From Candidatus Harrisonbacteria bacterium (lineage in GTDB: Bacteria; Patescibacteriota; Minisyncoccia; UBA6257; UBA11618), in the NCBI GenBank assembly GCA_023244855.1, contig JAHFLO010000001.1:5895-69894 (forward strand): a stretch of 64,000 nucleotides of DNA. The letters are read 5' to 3'. Shown here piece by piece: positions 47,499-57,735 of this stretch. Both the position numbers and the translations under genes were made by a program. How positions within the stretch are numbered: the first letter of the stretch is position 1; each line of letters starts with the position of its first letter. Under the pieces are notes generated by a model. It was not told the DNA's origin. It did not search any database and worked only from the letters and a program-made list of their open reading frames with translations.

Positions 47499-47810
47499 AT
47501 GGCAACGACGCTGTCAGCGATTCCCCACGGAACGGGAATCGTGGAAGAGCTGGCTATGCAGAGCATCGCGGTTATCCAACAAGAAATGTCCTTATGGACG
47601 CGACGCTACGAACTCGGCAGATGCCCGGCAACCGGCGGACGGATACAGCAATGCGCCGGATGCCAAAGCGGCGAAACGCATGAAATTGATATCGAAAATC
47701 CCCAACCGCCTCATCTGCAAGACTACCCGGCAACGCTGCACTCCCTCTACGACATAATCGCCGCGCAATGGGAAAAAGCCGGACTTGCAACGGATTTTCC
47801 GACACGCTGA
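47499..47810 (+). CDS. Hypothetical protein with Cys motifs
   Basis: TTGACA/TATAAT-like promoter and SD AAGGGA upstream; CP...CAGC. Confidence 0.5.
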   Translation: MATTLSAIPHGTGIVEELAMQSIAVIQQEMSLWTRRYELGRCPATGGRIQQCAGCQSGETHEIDIENPQPPHLQDYPATLHSLYDIIAAQWEKAGLATDFPTR

Positions 47811-47943
47811 AGAACGGGGCGGATAAGACGCAGTCCCTTCGAAGACGGGGAAGAGCATAACGCACAATCCACCTCGTGCGACTCTCTCCCGTCTTTTTAT
47901 TTGAAAACGACGCCGAAAAAGAATAGTATGCCTATACCCGCAA

Positions 47944-48027
47944 GGAGGGATAGCCTAGCGGTTAAGGCAAGGGATTGCTAATCCCTGGCTCGAAAGGGCC
48001 TCGTGGGTTCGAATCCCACTCCCTCCG
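47944..48027 (+). tRNA. tRNA-Ser(GCT)
   Basis: GGAGGGATAGCCTAGCGGTTAAGGCAAGGGA-TTGCTAA-TCCCT, long variable arm, GTGGGTTCGAATCCCACTCCCTCCG. Confidence 0.94.
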
Positions 48028-48031
48028 CAGA

Positions 48032-48232
48032 ACAAACAAAAATACCCCCTATGTGGGGTATTTTTGTTTGTCTTGTGAAAGAGTGGAATTCGAACCGAAG
48101 GCGAGCGTTTTTCCCCAAGCGCTAAAGCGCTTGGTCGAAAAACGCGAAGTCTCGACCGAGCTTGCGAGGGAGAGGCGAATCCCACTCTTCCATTGCGTGC
48201 GTAATCGAAAAACGGCAGGCGAATCCCACTCC
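48032..48232 (+). repeat. tRNA-trailing structured element (family A) with two direct repeats of the tRNA T-arm
   Basis: Hairpin 48032-48071; antisense T-arm GAGTGGAATTCGAACC 48081-48096; core 48097-48175; CGAATCCCACTC at 48176-48187 and 48220-48231. Confidence 0.85.
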
Positions 48233-48703
48233 TCAGTCGCTCTCGCTCTTCACATCCACCCCGCTCCGTAAAACCCCCACAAGCACATCCGCCCCAGCAG
48301 CAACCACAAGAGAGACAAAAATAACCATAAGGCCCATAGCAACGCCACCCGCAATGTCGTCGCCAGGCCGAACTATCATTAAGTAGGCCTCCGGCAGCGC
48401 GACGAGACCAACGAGCAACAGCGCACAGCGCCGTATCGTCCGCATGGCTTTCACAGTTACCCGTGAGAACGCCTTACCCTGTCCTACGCACCCCAACGCC
48501 TTGAATGCGTTATAAACCGCGACGAAAAACGGAATAGACGCCGCATACGCATACGCTAAGAACAAATCGTTGAAGTAAACCTGGAAGAACGTGGCGTCCA
48601 CATTTCTACCCTCGAAGTGAGGCTCCCATAGCATGAAGGTAAGGACACCTATACCGATAAGCACGACGACCGCCTGAAGGAATACTAAGGAGATTCTTTT
48701 CAT
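48233..48703 (-). CDS. DUF2975 family membrane protein
   Basis: EPHFEGRN, YAASIPFFVA, AFSRVTVKAMRTIRRCA, VDVKSESD end. Confidence 0.82.
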   Translation of the reverse strand: MKRISLVFLQAVVVLIGIGVLTFMLWEPHFEGRNVDATFFQVYFNDLFLAYAYAASIPFFVAVYNAFKALGCVGQGKAFSRVTVKAMRTIRRCALLLVGLVALPEAYLMIVRPGDDIAGGVAMGLMVIFVSLVVAAGADVLVGVLRSGVDVKSESD

Positions 48704-48791
48704 ATGTAATAGCTTGACTGAAACCCTAAAAATAAGCTATATATCTAACGTTGTAACCAACCCGCACACCTCCAACTGAAAAGGATTTGTC

Positions 48792-49313
48792 ATGGAATTC
48801 TCGTTATGGCTCGTGCCGGCGCGCGGATCGCCTGCCGACAAAGCGCTACGCACGACTATGGAAAAGATAGCAGAGATCTACACAACGCCTGCTTTCCCGC
48901 CGCACGTCACGCTCGTCGGGGGAGTCGAAGGCAATGCGCAAGATATCAAGGCAAAAACTATCGCGATCGTGAAACGACTCACTCCATACGAAATCCAATT
49001 CGGCATCATCGGCTCGGAAACCGACTACTATCGAAAGCTATTCCTGAGCGTCGCGCAAAGTCAGCAAGTCATGAAAGCGAACGCGATCGCGCAAGAAATG
49101 CTCGGGGTGCGGCAAGGCCCGTACCTACCGCACTGCAGTCTCGCGTACGGAGATCTCGTGCCTTCGGAAATTACCGAAATCAAAGACGAATACATCCCCG
49201 AAGGCCTCGCGAGCAAAGCCGGCTTCACCGCAAGCGGCATCCAACTTTGGAACACGAGCGAGGCAGTGAAAGATTGGCGACCCGTTGCATGGTTCGCGTT
49301 CGGCGAAACATAA
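48792..49313 (+). CDS. 2H phosphoesterase, cyclic phosphodiesterase (CPDase)-like
   Basis: FSLWLVP and two 2H motifs, FPPHVTL and YLPHCSLAYG. Confidence 0.85.
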   Translation: MEFSLWLVPARGSPADKALRTTMEKIAEIYTTPAFPPHVTLVGGVEGNAQDIKAKTIAIVKRLTPYEIQFGIIGSETDYYRKLFLSVAQSQQVMKANAIAQEMLGVRQGPYLPHCSLAYGDLVPSEITEIKDEYIPEGLASKAGFTASGIQLWNTSEAVKDWRPVAWFAFGET

Positions 49314-49418
49314 AGCGCATAACCGATTCAATGCAAACCCGAAGCGGCACGTATTCTCCCGTGCCGCTTTTTTCTTTCTTCACAAATTCATAGCAGAGGA
49401 CTATACTCTTTTTTACCT

Positions 49419-50696
49419 ATGAAAATATCATCCATTAAAGGCAGGCAGATTATTGATTCACGCGGTAACCCCACAGTTGAAGCTGATGTTATTTTAGAAA
49501 ACGGCGCGATCGGCCGCGCGGCGGTACCAAGCGGCGCCTCGACCGGCAGCCACGAAGCAATAGAACTACGTGATGGCGACAAAAAAATATACGGCGGCAA
49601 AAGCGTCTTGAAGGCCGTCGGCCATATCAATACTGAAATCGCAAACGCCCTCCGTGGCATGAACGCTATGGACCAGAGGGGTATCGACACGGCGCTCATG
49701 GCCTTGGACGGCACGGCGAACAAATCGAAGCTCGGTGCAAATGCGATACTCGCCGTTTCACTCGCAACGGCAAAAGCCGCGGCCACAGCTAAAGGCGTTT
49801 CGCTCTTCCGCTACGTGGGAGAGCTCGAAGGTATTACGGACCCGCGCCTTCTCCCCATGCCGATGATGAATATTATTAACGGCGGTAAACACGCGGCAGG
49901 CTCGACAGACATTCAAGAGTTCATGGTGGTGCCGATAGGCGCGAAATCCTTCTCCGAGGCACTCCATATGGGCACGACCATCTTCCACGCGCTCGGTAAA
50001 ATCCTCCACGAAAAAGGATACGGCACAACGGTAGGGGACGAAGGTGGCTACGCGCCCGCGGTGAAAAACGGCAATGAAGAAGCTCTCGCGCTTGTAGGTG
50101 AAGCGGCAAAAAAAGCCGGCTATGAGCTCGGAAAAGACATCGGCCTTGCGCTCGACGTAGCGGCATCCGAATTATATAAAGACGGTAAGTACCGACTCGC
50201 AACGGAAAATAAAACCTTGTCCTCCGGCGAAATGATCGCATGGTACAAAGGCCTTATAGAGCGGCACCATGTCATATCGATAGAAGACGGCCTCGCCGAA
50301 GACGACTGGGCGGGATGGATAGAAATGACAAAAACGCTCCCTATACAAATCGTCGGGGACGATCTCCTCGTAACGAACCCCGCGTTCGTAAAGAAAGGCA
50401 TTGAGCAGAAAGCCGCGAACGCCGTACTCGTGAAGGTTAACCAGATCGGCACGCTTACGGAAACTATGGAAACCGTCCGCATGGCGAAAGCCGCCGGATG
50501 GCGCTCGATTATCTCGCACCGCTCGGGCGAAACGGAAGATACGACTATCGCGCACCTCGCAGTCGCCTTGGGCGCCGGCCAAATTAAAACCGGCTCGCTC
50601 TGCCGCACGGACCGCGTGGCTAAATACAACGAACTCTTACGCATAGAAGAAGAACTGGATGGTCGCGCCCAGTACCCATCTGCACTTTTTTCCTAA
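49419..50696 (+). CDS. eno: Enolase
   Basis: [37 protein letters not shown]. Confidence 0.98.
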   Translation: MKISSIKGRQIIDSRGNPTVEADVILENGAIGRAAVPSGASTGSHEAIELRDGDKKIYGGKSVLKAVGHINTEIANALRGMNAMDQRGIDTALMALDGTANKSKLGANAILAVSLATAKAAATAKGVSLFRYVGELEGITDPRLLPMPMMNIINGGKHAAGSTDIQEFMVVPIGAKSFSEALHMGTTIFHALGKILHEKGYGTTVGDEGGYAPAVKNGNEEALALVGEAAKKAGYELGKDIGLALDVAASELYKDGKYRLATENKTLSSGEMIAWYKGLIERHHVISIEDGLAEDDWAGWIEMTKTLPIQIVGDDLLVTNPAFVKKGIEQKAANAVLVKVNQIGTLTETMETVRMAKAAGWRSIISHRSGETEDTTIAHLAVALGAGQIKTGSLCRTDRVAKYNELLRIEEELDGRAQYPSALFS

Positions 50697-50697
50697 C

Positions 50698-51297
50698 ATG
50701 AGCCATCTCTTTTTCGTACGGCATGGAGAAAGCGAATGGAACAGCACGGGGCAGTGGACTGGCTGGACAGACGTCTCGCTTTCACAGAAGGGTGTGGAAG
50801 AAGCAAAGGCGACGGGAGCTAGGCTTACAGAGCACGAAATCCATTCCGCCCACACGTCGCTTTTAAAGCGCACGCACGAAACACTTGCGGGGATAGAAGA
50901 GACGTACGGCAAAAAAATCCCCGCGCGCTCTTCGCGCGAATTAAACGAGCGGCACTACGGCGTCTACACCGGCAAAAACAAGTGGCAGATAAAAGAGGAG
51001 ATAGGGGACGAAGCCTTTACGGCGATACGCCGCGGCTGGGACGTACCGATCCCCGACGGCGAAACGCTAAAGGCGGTGCATGACCGCGCCGTACCGTACT
51101 ACAAGCGCGAAATCCTTCCGGAGCTTGCGGCAGGCAAGAACGTACTCGTCGTCGGGCACGGCAACACCATCCGCGCCCTTATGAAGCATATCGAGAATAT
51201 CCACGAAAACGACGTAGCGGGCGTAGAAGTAGCGACAGGCGAAATCGTAATGTATAAAATGGAGCCGCACGGCATGGTGCGCGTAAAGGCGGAATAA
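50698..51297 (+). CDS. gpmA: 2,3-bisphosphoglycerate-dependent phosphoglycerate mutase
   Basis: VRHGESEWN..TGWTDV, LNERHYG, VGHGNTIRAL. Confidence 0.93.
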   Translation: MSHLFFVRHGESEWNSTGQWTGWTDVSLSQKGVEEAKATGARLTEHEIHSAHTSLLKRTHETLAGIEETYGKKIPARSSRELNERHYGVYTGKNKWQIKEEIGDEAFTAIRRGWDVPIPDGETLKAVHDRAVPYYKREILPELAAGKNVLVVGHGNTIRALMKHIENIHENDVAGVEVATGEIVMYKMEPHGMVRVKAE

Positions 51298-51384
51298 GAG
51301 CTTGATTGGGCAGGGTTATTCGGCTATGCTCATCCGGTACTAACCGGCTCGTTGATTTACCCATACCCATAAAGGAGTGCGCTC

Positions 51385-51873
51385 ATGGCTTTCGGGATTT
51401 ACCCGACTTATTCAGACCGTCGTTCCAAAACCAATAGAAAGGGCAAAAGATCGAAATTCCCGGACCCCGCAATCGACCGCGATACGGGGCGTATCGTGCG
51501 TTTCATGAACGTACGGGCAATCGGATGGGCGCCTGCGCCAAAAAATATCCGTGCTTTGAACGGCATCCTGAGCGTCGGACAAGAATGGGTACAGTGGCAA
51601 TGGGAAACGACCGTTTCCATCGCCGGCAATCATCCGTGCAAATGGGGCGATATCGTCATCCGACCTCCCGCCACGCTCGGAAAAAAACGGACATTTTCCA
51701 AACGGCGTCTTATCCGTATCGGCGCAAAATCGAAACGGAAAGAAAGACTTACGGAAAGCGAAAAGATTGCTCTATTCGTTTCACGCTCCCTCACTGCGCT
51801 CGGAAACAGGAATAAGTCCGCACTGAAAAAGAACATGGCATTCGTTCCACCCAAAGAACCATGCCCCGATTAG
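51385..51873 (+). CDS. Hypothetical basic protein
   Basis: SD AAGGAG upstream; terminator gccggac/gtccggc plus T-run downstream. Confidence 0.6.
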   Translation: MAFGIYPTYSDRRSKTNRKGKRSKFPDPAIDRDTGRIVRFMNVRAIGWAPAPKNIRALNGILSVGQEWVQWQWETTVSIAGNHPCKWGDIVIRPPATLGKKRTFSKRRLIRIGAKSKRKERLTESEKIALFVSRSLTALGNRNKSALKKNMAFVPPKEPCPD

Positions 51874-51960
51874 CCGCATCTCCCAGCAAACCCCCGACCG
51901 CCGGACACCCTTCGTCCGGCGGCCTTTTTTATTCGCCGCAAAAACGGTACTATGCGGAAT

Positions 51961-52350
51961 ATGCAATTATTTATAAAAATGTATTTCGCGGCGCTTGTGC
52001 CATTCGCTTTACTCGACGCTACGTGGATTAGCTTCATTGCCCGAGGATTTTACGAACGACAAATTGGTTTCGTTATCAATACGTTTAAAGTTCCGCCCGC
52101 AATCGCTTTCTACATCATCTACGTTTTGGGAATTGTTTATTTTGCCGTACGCCCTACGGCAGGGGAGCCGCTTCTTAAAACATTCTTAGCTGGAGCGCTG
52201 TTCGGCTTATGCGCGTACGCCTCATACGATCTCACGAACCAAGCGACGATAGCGGGCTGGCCGACGGCCGTAACACTTGCCGATATGGCATGGGGCGCGT
52301 TCGCCTCGGGCACCGCGGCAACCGTAGCTGGTTTCTTGACCCGCGCGTAA
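51961..52350 (+). CDS. DUF2177 family membrane protein
   Basis: LDATWI, GALFGLCAYASYDLTNQATIAGWP, DMAWG. Confidence 0.87.
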   Translation: MQLFIKMYFAALVPFALLDATWISFIARGFYERQIGFVINTFKVPPAIAFYIIYVLGIVYFAVRPTAGEPLLKTFLAGALFGLCAYASYDLTNQATIAGWPTAVTLADMAWGAFASGTAATVAGFLTRA

Positions 52351-52392
52351 TATCATTGACAAGTCGGTCTTAACGGAAGATATATACATCAT

Positions 52393-52632
52393 ATGATGTA
52401 CGGCTTTTACGGTGACAACTTCATAGGGTCTGGATTTATGGGCTTTTTCGGATTTATTATCATGATCGCCTTTTGGGCGGCGGTTATATGGGTAATCATC
52501 CGAATCGTGCAAGAGGCGTCGGGCAGCCGTAAAACGGGCAAGTCCGCAATCCGCATTCTTGAAGAACGATACGCGAAAGGGGAAATAGACAAGGAAGAAT
52601 TCAAATCAAGAAAGCACGACCTCGAATCTTAA
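52393..52632 (+). CDS. SHOCT-domain membrane protein
   Basis: MMYG N-terminus, TM helix, AIRILEERYAKGEIDKEEF. Confidence 0.88.
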   Translation: MMYGFYGDNFIGSGFMGFFGFIIMIAFWAAVIWVIIRIVQEASGSRKTGKSAIRILEERYAKGEIDKEEFKSRKHDLES

Positions 52633-52715
52633 GAAAAATATCCCCGACACTACGTCGGGGATATTTTTATTTGACACCGTTATAACCATATCCTATGGTA
52701 GAGGTATACACCCCT

Positions 52716-52979
52716 ATGAAAATAGCAACAAATAAAACGAAATCGCTTAAGTGCGTAAAACAGGCACAGGGAACGATTGCGAAAGTCATGGCAATGATCG
52801 AAGAGGGTCGCTACTGCCCCGAGATAATTCAACAAGCGGACAGCGCGATCGGTCTCCTAAAAACCGCGAAGCGCGAACTACTCGCTGGCCACTTAGATAC
52901 ATGCGTCGCCGCGCGTATGAAAGAAAACAAGAAAGCGGCGATCGACGAACTTATAAAAATCTACAACCTTTCCGCATAA
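52716..52979 (+). CDS. csoR: CsoR/RcnR family copper-sensing repressor
   Basis: MIEEGRYCPEIIQQ and LLAGHLDTCV (Cys-His-Cys); directly upstream of copA. Confidence 0.88.
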   Translation: MKIATNKTKSLKCVKQAQGTIAKVMAMIEEGRYCPEIIQQADSAIGLLKTAKRELLAGHLDTCVAARMKENKKAAIDELIKIYNLSA

Positions 52980-52982
52980 CGT

Positions 52983-55286
52983 ATGGAACAGAAAGTCGTA
53001 TTCACCGTAAAAGGGATGCACTGCGCCTCATGCTCGGCGATCATCGAAAAGGCGCTTAAGAAAATCGACGGTGTGGCGTCAGCGGAAGTTAGCTATGCCG
53101 TGGGAACGGCACGGGTATCTTTTGATGAGACGAAGACGGACAGTACTGCATTCTCGAAGGCGGTCGAACATCTTGGTTATTCGCTGACTACCTCTCAAGC
53201 GGAAACAGCGGAGTCTATGGATATGTCTGCAAGCGAACACGCGGCGCATACGGGACTTGGTCAATCGAAACAAGAAAAGCTTGCGGAGCTCGCAAGCATG
53301 AAGCGTATGGTTATCGCGTCTATTCCACTTACTACATTCAGCATCTTCGTTATGGGGTGGGACATGCTCGCCGCATTCGAATTCATCGCCCCACCCGCAG
53401 AAATCACAAAAGAATTCTTTCATCACCTCCTGCCCTTAATGGCGACGTATATGCTCTTCGTCGTCGGCACGCCGTACCTTTTAGGCGTATGGCGATTTAT
53501 GCGCTATGGGGCGGCGAATATGGATACCTTAATCGGCATCGGCACATCCGTCGCATATCTCTATAGCTTTATTCTCTCTGCATTCGAGGAGTCACTTAAA
53601 GGCCTTATCGATACAGACCAAACCTACTATGACGTCACTATCGTTGTTATCGCTTTCATAACCCTCGGTAAATATCTCGAAGCACGGGCGAAATTAAAAA
53701 CCGGCGCAGCACTCGAAAAACTATTAAACCTTCAAGCAAAAACCGCACTCGTAATCCGTGGCGGCAAAGAACTAGAACTACCCGTAGGCGAAGTAGTCCA
53801 CGGCGACCGTATAATCGTAAAACCAGGAGCGCGTATTCCTGTAGACGGTACGGTTACGGAAGGGGAGTCGTTCGTAGACGAATCGATGGTGACCGGCGAA
53901 CCAATGCCCGTAAAAAAGAAAATGGGCGACGCGGTCGTTGCCGGCACTATTAACACCACAGGGTCATTTACGTTTACGGCAACCAAAGTCGGTAAGGAAA
54001 CGTTACTCGCCCGCATCGTCACGATGGTACAAGAAGCGCAGGGGAGCCGCGCGCCCATTCAGGCGCTTGCGGACAAAATCTCCGGCATCTTCGTACCGAT
54101 AACTCTCGGTATAGCATTCGTTTCGCTTGCCGCATGGATCAGTATTGGGACGCCTATGCTCGGCGGAGCGCTCGCACTTTCGTACGGCCTCGCATCGTTT
54201 GTTGGCGTTCTCGTTATTGCCTGCCCCTGTGCCTTAGGGCTCGCGACGCCGACCGCGATAATCGTGGGTGTAGGCAAGGGCGCAGAAGAAGGCATCTTAA
54301 TAAAAGATGCGGCAACACTCGAAACACTCCATAAGGCAAACACCGTCGTCATGGATAAAACCGGCACCATCACGAAAGGCAAGCCAGAGCTCACGGATAT
54401 CCGCATATATGGGAACGTTGAAAAAAATGAATTAATCGCCATCCTCGCATCGCTCGAAGCGAAGTCCGAACATCCGATAGCCCACGCCATAACGGAATAC
54501 GCGAAAACGAACGGTATCCAGCTACGAGACGTTACGAATTTCGAAGCCTTAAAAGGCAAAGGACTTACGGGAAGTAGTAATGGCACGCGCTACTTTGCCG
54601 GCAATACCGCTCTTATGAACGAGCATGCAATTTCTTTCGACGCGAGCTATATCGAAACGGAAACGCAAAAAGGATCAACGCCAATACTACTCGCAAACGA
54701 AAAAGAGGTACTCGTAATTGTAATGATTGCGGATAGCGTAAAAGCAGAAGCAGTTGAGGCAGTGCAGAGCCTCCACGAGATGGGCATAAAAACCATCATG
54801 CTTACCGGTGATAACAAAAATACTGCCGCGGCAATCGCGCGCGCCGTGGGTATTGATGAAGTAATTGCCGAAGTCTTGCCAGACGAAAAACTTAAAAAAA
54901 TAAAAGAGCTACAAAAAGCAGGGCGCATTGTCGCAATGGTGGGGGACGGCGTAAACGACGCACCAGCACTTGCGCAGGCGAACGTCGGCATCGCCATGGG
55001 AACGGGCACGGACGTGGCAATCGAGACGGCCGGCATCACCCTCCTCCACGGTGATATCAGCAAGCTCGTGAAGGCACTACGCCTTTCACGGCTCACTATG
55101 CGCGGCATCCGCCAAAACCTCTTCTCCGCATTCGCGTACAACGTAGTAGGTATTCCGCTTGCCGCGGGCGCATTATACCCCGCCTTCGGATTAACGCTCT
55201 CGCCGGTATTCGCTGGCGCAGCCATGGCGCTTTCGTCCGTCTCCGTGGTCGCCAACTCACTTCGATTAAAAGCTAAGAAACTATAA
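52983..55286 (+). CDS. copA: Cu(I)-translocating P1B-type ATPase
   Basis: [38 protein letters not shown]. Confidence 0.96.
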   Translation: MEQKVVFTVKGMHCASCSAIIEKALKKIDGVASAEVSYAVGTARVSFDETKTDSTAFSKAVEHLGYSLTTSQAETAESMDMSASEHAAHTGLGQSKQEKLAELASMKRMVIASIPLTTFSIFVMGWDMLAAFEFIAPPAEITKEFFHHLLPLMATYMLFVVGTPYLLGVWRFMRYGAANMDTLIGIGTSVAYLYSFILSAFEESLKGLIDTDQTYYDVTIVVIAFITLGKYLEARAKLKTGAALEKLLNLQAKTALVIRGGKELELPVGEVVHGDRIIVKPGARIPVDGTVTEGESFVDESMVTGEPMPVKKKMGDAVVAGTINTTGSFTFTATKVGKETLLARIVTMVQEAQGSRAPIQALADKISGIFVPITLGIAFVSLAAWISIGTPMLGGALALSYGLASFVGVLVIACPCALGLATPTAIIVGVGKGAEEGILIKDAATLETLHKANTVVMDKTGTITKGKPELTDIRIYGNVEKNELIAILASLEAKSEHPIAHAITEYAKTNGIQLRDVTNFEALKGKGLTGSSNGTRYFAGNTALMNEHAISFDASYIETETQKGSTPILLANEKEVLVIVMIADSVKAEAVEAVQSLHEMGIKTIMLTGDNKNTAAAIARAVGIDEVIAEVLPDEKLKKIKELQKAGRIVAMVGDGVNDAPALAQANVGIAMGTGTDVAIETAGITLLHGDISKLVKALRLSRLTMRGIRQNLFSAFAYNVVGIPLAAGALYPAFGLTLSPVFAGAAMALSSVSVVANSLRLKAKKL

Positions 55287-55290
55287 GCCC

Positions 55291-56310
55291 ATGAAAACAT
55301 ACCTATTTCACATAAGCGGTATGCACTGTGCCTCGTGCGTTCTTATAACCGAAGGCGAACTCACGGGCGTGCGGGGGATACTAAAAGCACGGGCGTCACT
55401 CGCCGCACACACCCTCGAAGTTACAGGTGACTTTGGGGATGCAAAGCCCGCAGAGCTCGCGCACGAACTTACCACCATACTCGCGCCCCACGGCTATTCA
55501 GTTTCGATAGAACGCCAAAAGCACGGCGCACGGTGGCGCGACTTTATAATTGCCGCACCTGCCGCCGGCGCATTCATCGCATTCTTCATTGCTCTCCAAA
55601 AGCTCGGCATCGTTAACCTCATCACCGCGTCGCAGGTAACATACGGCACGGCGTTCGCAATCGGGCTCGTCGCCTCCGTCTCCACCTGCATGGCGGTCGT
55701 GGGCGGACTTACGCTTTCCATAAGCGCCAACTTCGCGAAGGCGGGGGACCGCATCCGGCCGCAAATTTTCTTCCACACGGCGCGCCTTATTTCATTCTTC
55801 ATCTTAGGCGGAATAATCGGCACACTCGGTGCAACGTTTCAAATCGGCGCAACCGGCGCATTCATACTAGGAATCGCCGTCGTAATCGTCTTATTAATTC
55901 TCGGTATCAATCTGCTTGATATCTTCCCGTGGATAAAAAAATTTCAACTTGTCACGCCACGCTTTATAAGTAGGCGCGCTCATGCACTTAAAGACATTAA
56001 CCACTCATTAACACCCGCACTCCTCGGTGTCGCCACATTTTTCTTACCCTGCGGATTCACGCAATCAATGCAACTCTATTCGCTTACAACCGGCAGCTTT
56101 TCTACGGGCGCGCTCACCATGCTCTCATTCGCGCTCGGCACGTTACCCGTGCTCGCACTCCTTTCTTTCGGCGCACTTGGGCTACACACAAAAGCGCAAT
56201 CGGGAATATTCTTTAAAACCGCAGGGCTCGTTGTTATCTTCTTCGCTCTATTCAACCTGATAAGTGCCCTCGTTGCATTCGGCGTCATTCCGCCTATTCT
56301 TACTATATGA
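55291..56310 (+). CDS. HMA domain plus DsbD_2/TauE-like membrane protein
   Basis: [27 protein letters not shown]. Confidence 0.87.
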   Translation: MKTYLFHISGMHCASCVLITEGELTGVRGILKARASLAAHTLEVTGDFGDAKPAELAHELTTILAPHGYSVSIERQKHGARWRDFIIAAPAAGAFIAFFIALQKLGIVNLITASQVTYGTAFAIGLVASVSTCMAVVGGLTLSISANFAKAGDRIRPQIFFHTARLISFFILGGIIGTLGATFQIGATGAFILGIAVVIVLLILGINLLDIFPWIKKFQLVTPRFISRRAHALKDINHSLTPALLGVATFFLPCGFTQSMQLYSLTTGSFSTGALTMLSFALGTLPVLALLSFGALGLHTKAQSGIFFKTAGLVVIFFALFNLISALVAFGVIPPILTI

Positions 56311-56699
56311 AAACCATTCTCCTTTCTATCGGTATCGCTATCGTCCTTATTGTAGGAACAATTCTTTTCGCACGCACAACAAATAATCCGAACGACCTTT
56401 TAGCGGGATTAAATAATGTAAGCATCGTAGACGGCACGCAAATAATCGAAATCAGCGCGAAGGGGGGGTATGCGCCGCAAACGACACGAGCCAAAGCCGG
56501 TGTGCCAACAATCATCCGCGTGAGCACGAACAGCACATTTGACTGCTCGTCGTCACTTGTAATCCCTGCTATCGGCTACCGCGGAAGCCTCCCGATAACT
56601 GGCACTATAGATATTCCCGTACCGCCACAAACGGCAGGGGCAGAGCTCCAAGGCCTGTGCGGCATGGGTATGTATAACTTCTTAATTACATTCAACTAA
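56307..56699 (+). CDS. Cupredoxin-domain protein
   Basis: GGYAP, FDCSSSL, CGMGMY. Confidence 0.87.
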   Translation: MKTILLSIGIAIVLIVGTILFARTTNNPNDLLAGLNNVSIVDGTQIIEISAKGGYAPQTTRAKAGVPTIIRVSTNSTFDCSSSLVIPAIGYRGSLPITGTIDIPVPPQTAGAELQGLCGMGMYNFLITFN

Positions 56700-57548
56700 G
56701 TGTCTGTCTATTACACCGCCAAACGAACCAAGGGAACGTACGAACCGGCTTCGCGCGAAGCCTTCAAGTTGTCGCGCTCGAAGATCGACCTCTTCATGCA
56801 ATGCCCGCGGTGCTTTTACCTCGACCGGCGCATAGGCATTGGCCGGCCGCCCGGATTCCCATTCGCGCTCAACTCCGCCGTAGACCACCTCCTTAAAAAG
56901 GAATTCGATATTCACCGCGCGGCGGGCAATAAGCACCCGCTTATGGAAAAGTACGGAATAGATGCCGTGCCCGCACAGCACGAAAAACTCGACGAGTGGC
57001 GCCACAACTTTACGGGCGTGGGGACTTTACACGCAGCCACCAACTTTTACGTCTTCGGCGCGATAGACGACCTATGGCTTAATGCGAAAGGGGAATACAT
57101 GGTGGTGGACTATAAGGCGACCGCAAAAGAAGAAGATATTAATGCCTTAGATAAAGACTGGCACGACGGCTACAAGCGCCAAATGGAAATATACCAATGG
57201 CTCCTACGGCAAAACGGATTCACGGTTTCAAGTACCGGCTACTTTGTGTACTGCAACGGCAAGACAGACAGAAAAGCCTTCGACGGCAAGCTTGACTTCG
57301 ACGTGACGCTCATCGCCTATACGGGAGACTCCGGCTGGGTAGATAAGGCGCTCGTAGACGCGAAAGCCTGCCTCGATAAAAATGAAATCCCGAAAGCGGA
57401 CGCCGCCTGCGACTACTGTGCGTACGTCGCCGCCGTAGAAAAAGATACGCGCCCCGCACCAGATGCCGTTTCACGCATAACCGTAAGCAACCTACCCCCG
57501 CAACGCGCAGCCACACCAAAAAAGAAAACCCCGCCGACGCTTTTCTAG
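56700..57548 (+). CDS. PD-(D/E)XK nuclease family protein (Cas4/AddB-like, Cys-bearing)
   Basis: LSRSKI...CPRCFY, GAIDD, VVDYK, QMEIYQWLL, CDYC. Confidence 0.88.
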   Translation: MSVYYTAKRTKGTYEPASREAFKLSRSKIDLFMQCPRCFYLDRRIGIGRPPGFPFALNSAVDHLLKKEFDIHRAAGNKHPLMEKYGIDAVPAQHEKLDEWRHNFTGVGTLHAATNFYVFGAIDDLWLNAKGEYMVVDYKATAKEEDINALDKDWHDGYKRQMEIYQWLLRQNGFTVSSTGYFVYCNGKTDRKAFDGKLDFDVTLIAYTGDSGWVDKALVDAKACLDKNEIPKADAACDYCAYVAAVEKDTRPAPDAVSRITVSNLPPQRAATPKKKTPPTLF

Positions 57549-57716
57549 GGCTCGTTTTAAAATAGGCCGCAAGCAGTTTCGAGGGATTTTCGAGCGAGAA
57601 CCGCGATCTTTCGACGAGGAATACCGAGGTATTCCGAGGAGAAAATCGCGATTCGTAGCCGGAAATAACCGAAAATGATGCGGATGGCATCCTAAACTAT
57701 TTTAAGATGAGTCCTA
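57546..57716. mobile_element. MITE-like long palindromic element
   Basis: 20-bp imperfect terminal inverted repeats TAGGGCTCGTTTTAAAATAG / CTATTTTAAGATGAGTCCTA with nested inner stems; no ORF. Confidence 0.55.
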
Positions 57717-57735
57717 TATTTGCTATACTCTATCT

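Noticed and set aside
52393..56699. Copper cluster as a novel system
   Set aside because: SHOCT-csoR-copA-HMA/DsbD_2-cupredoxin is a known copper homeostasis arrangement.
56700..57548. cas4 of a CRISPR-Cas locus
   Set aside because: No cas1, cas2 or array nearby; solo PD-(D/E)XK nucleases of this type are common.
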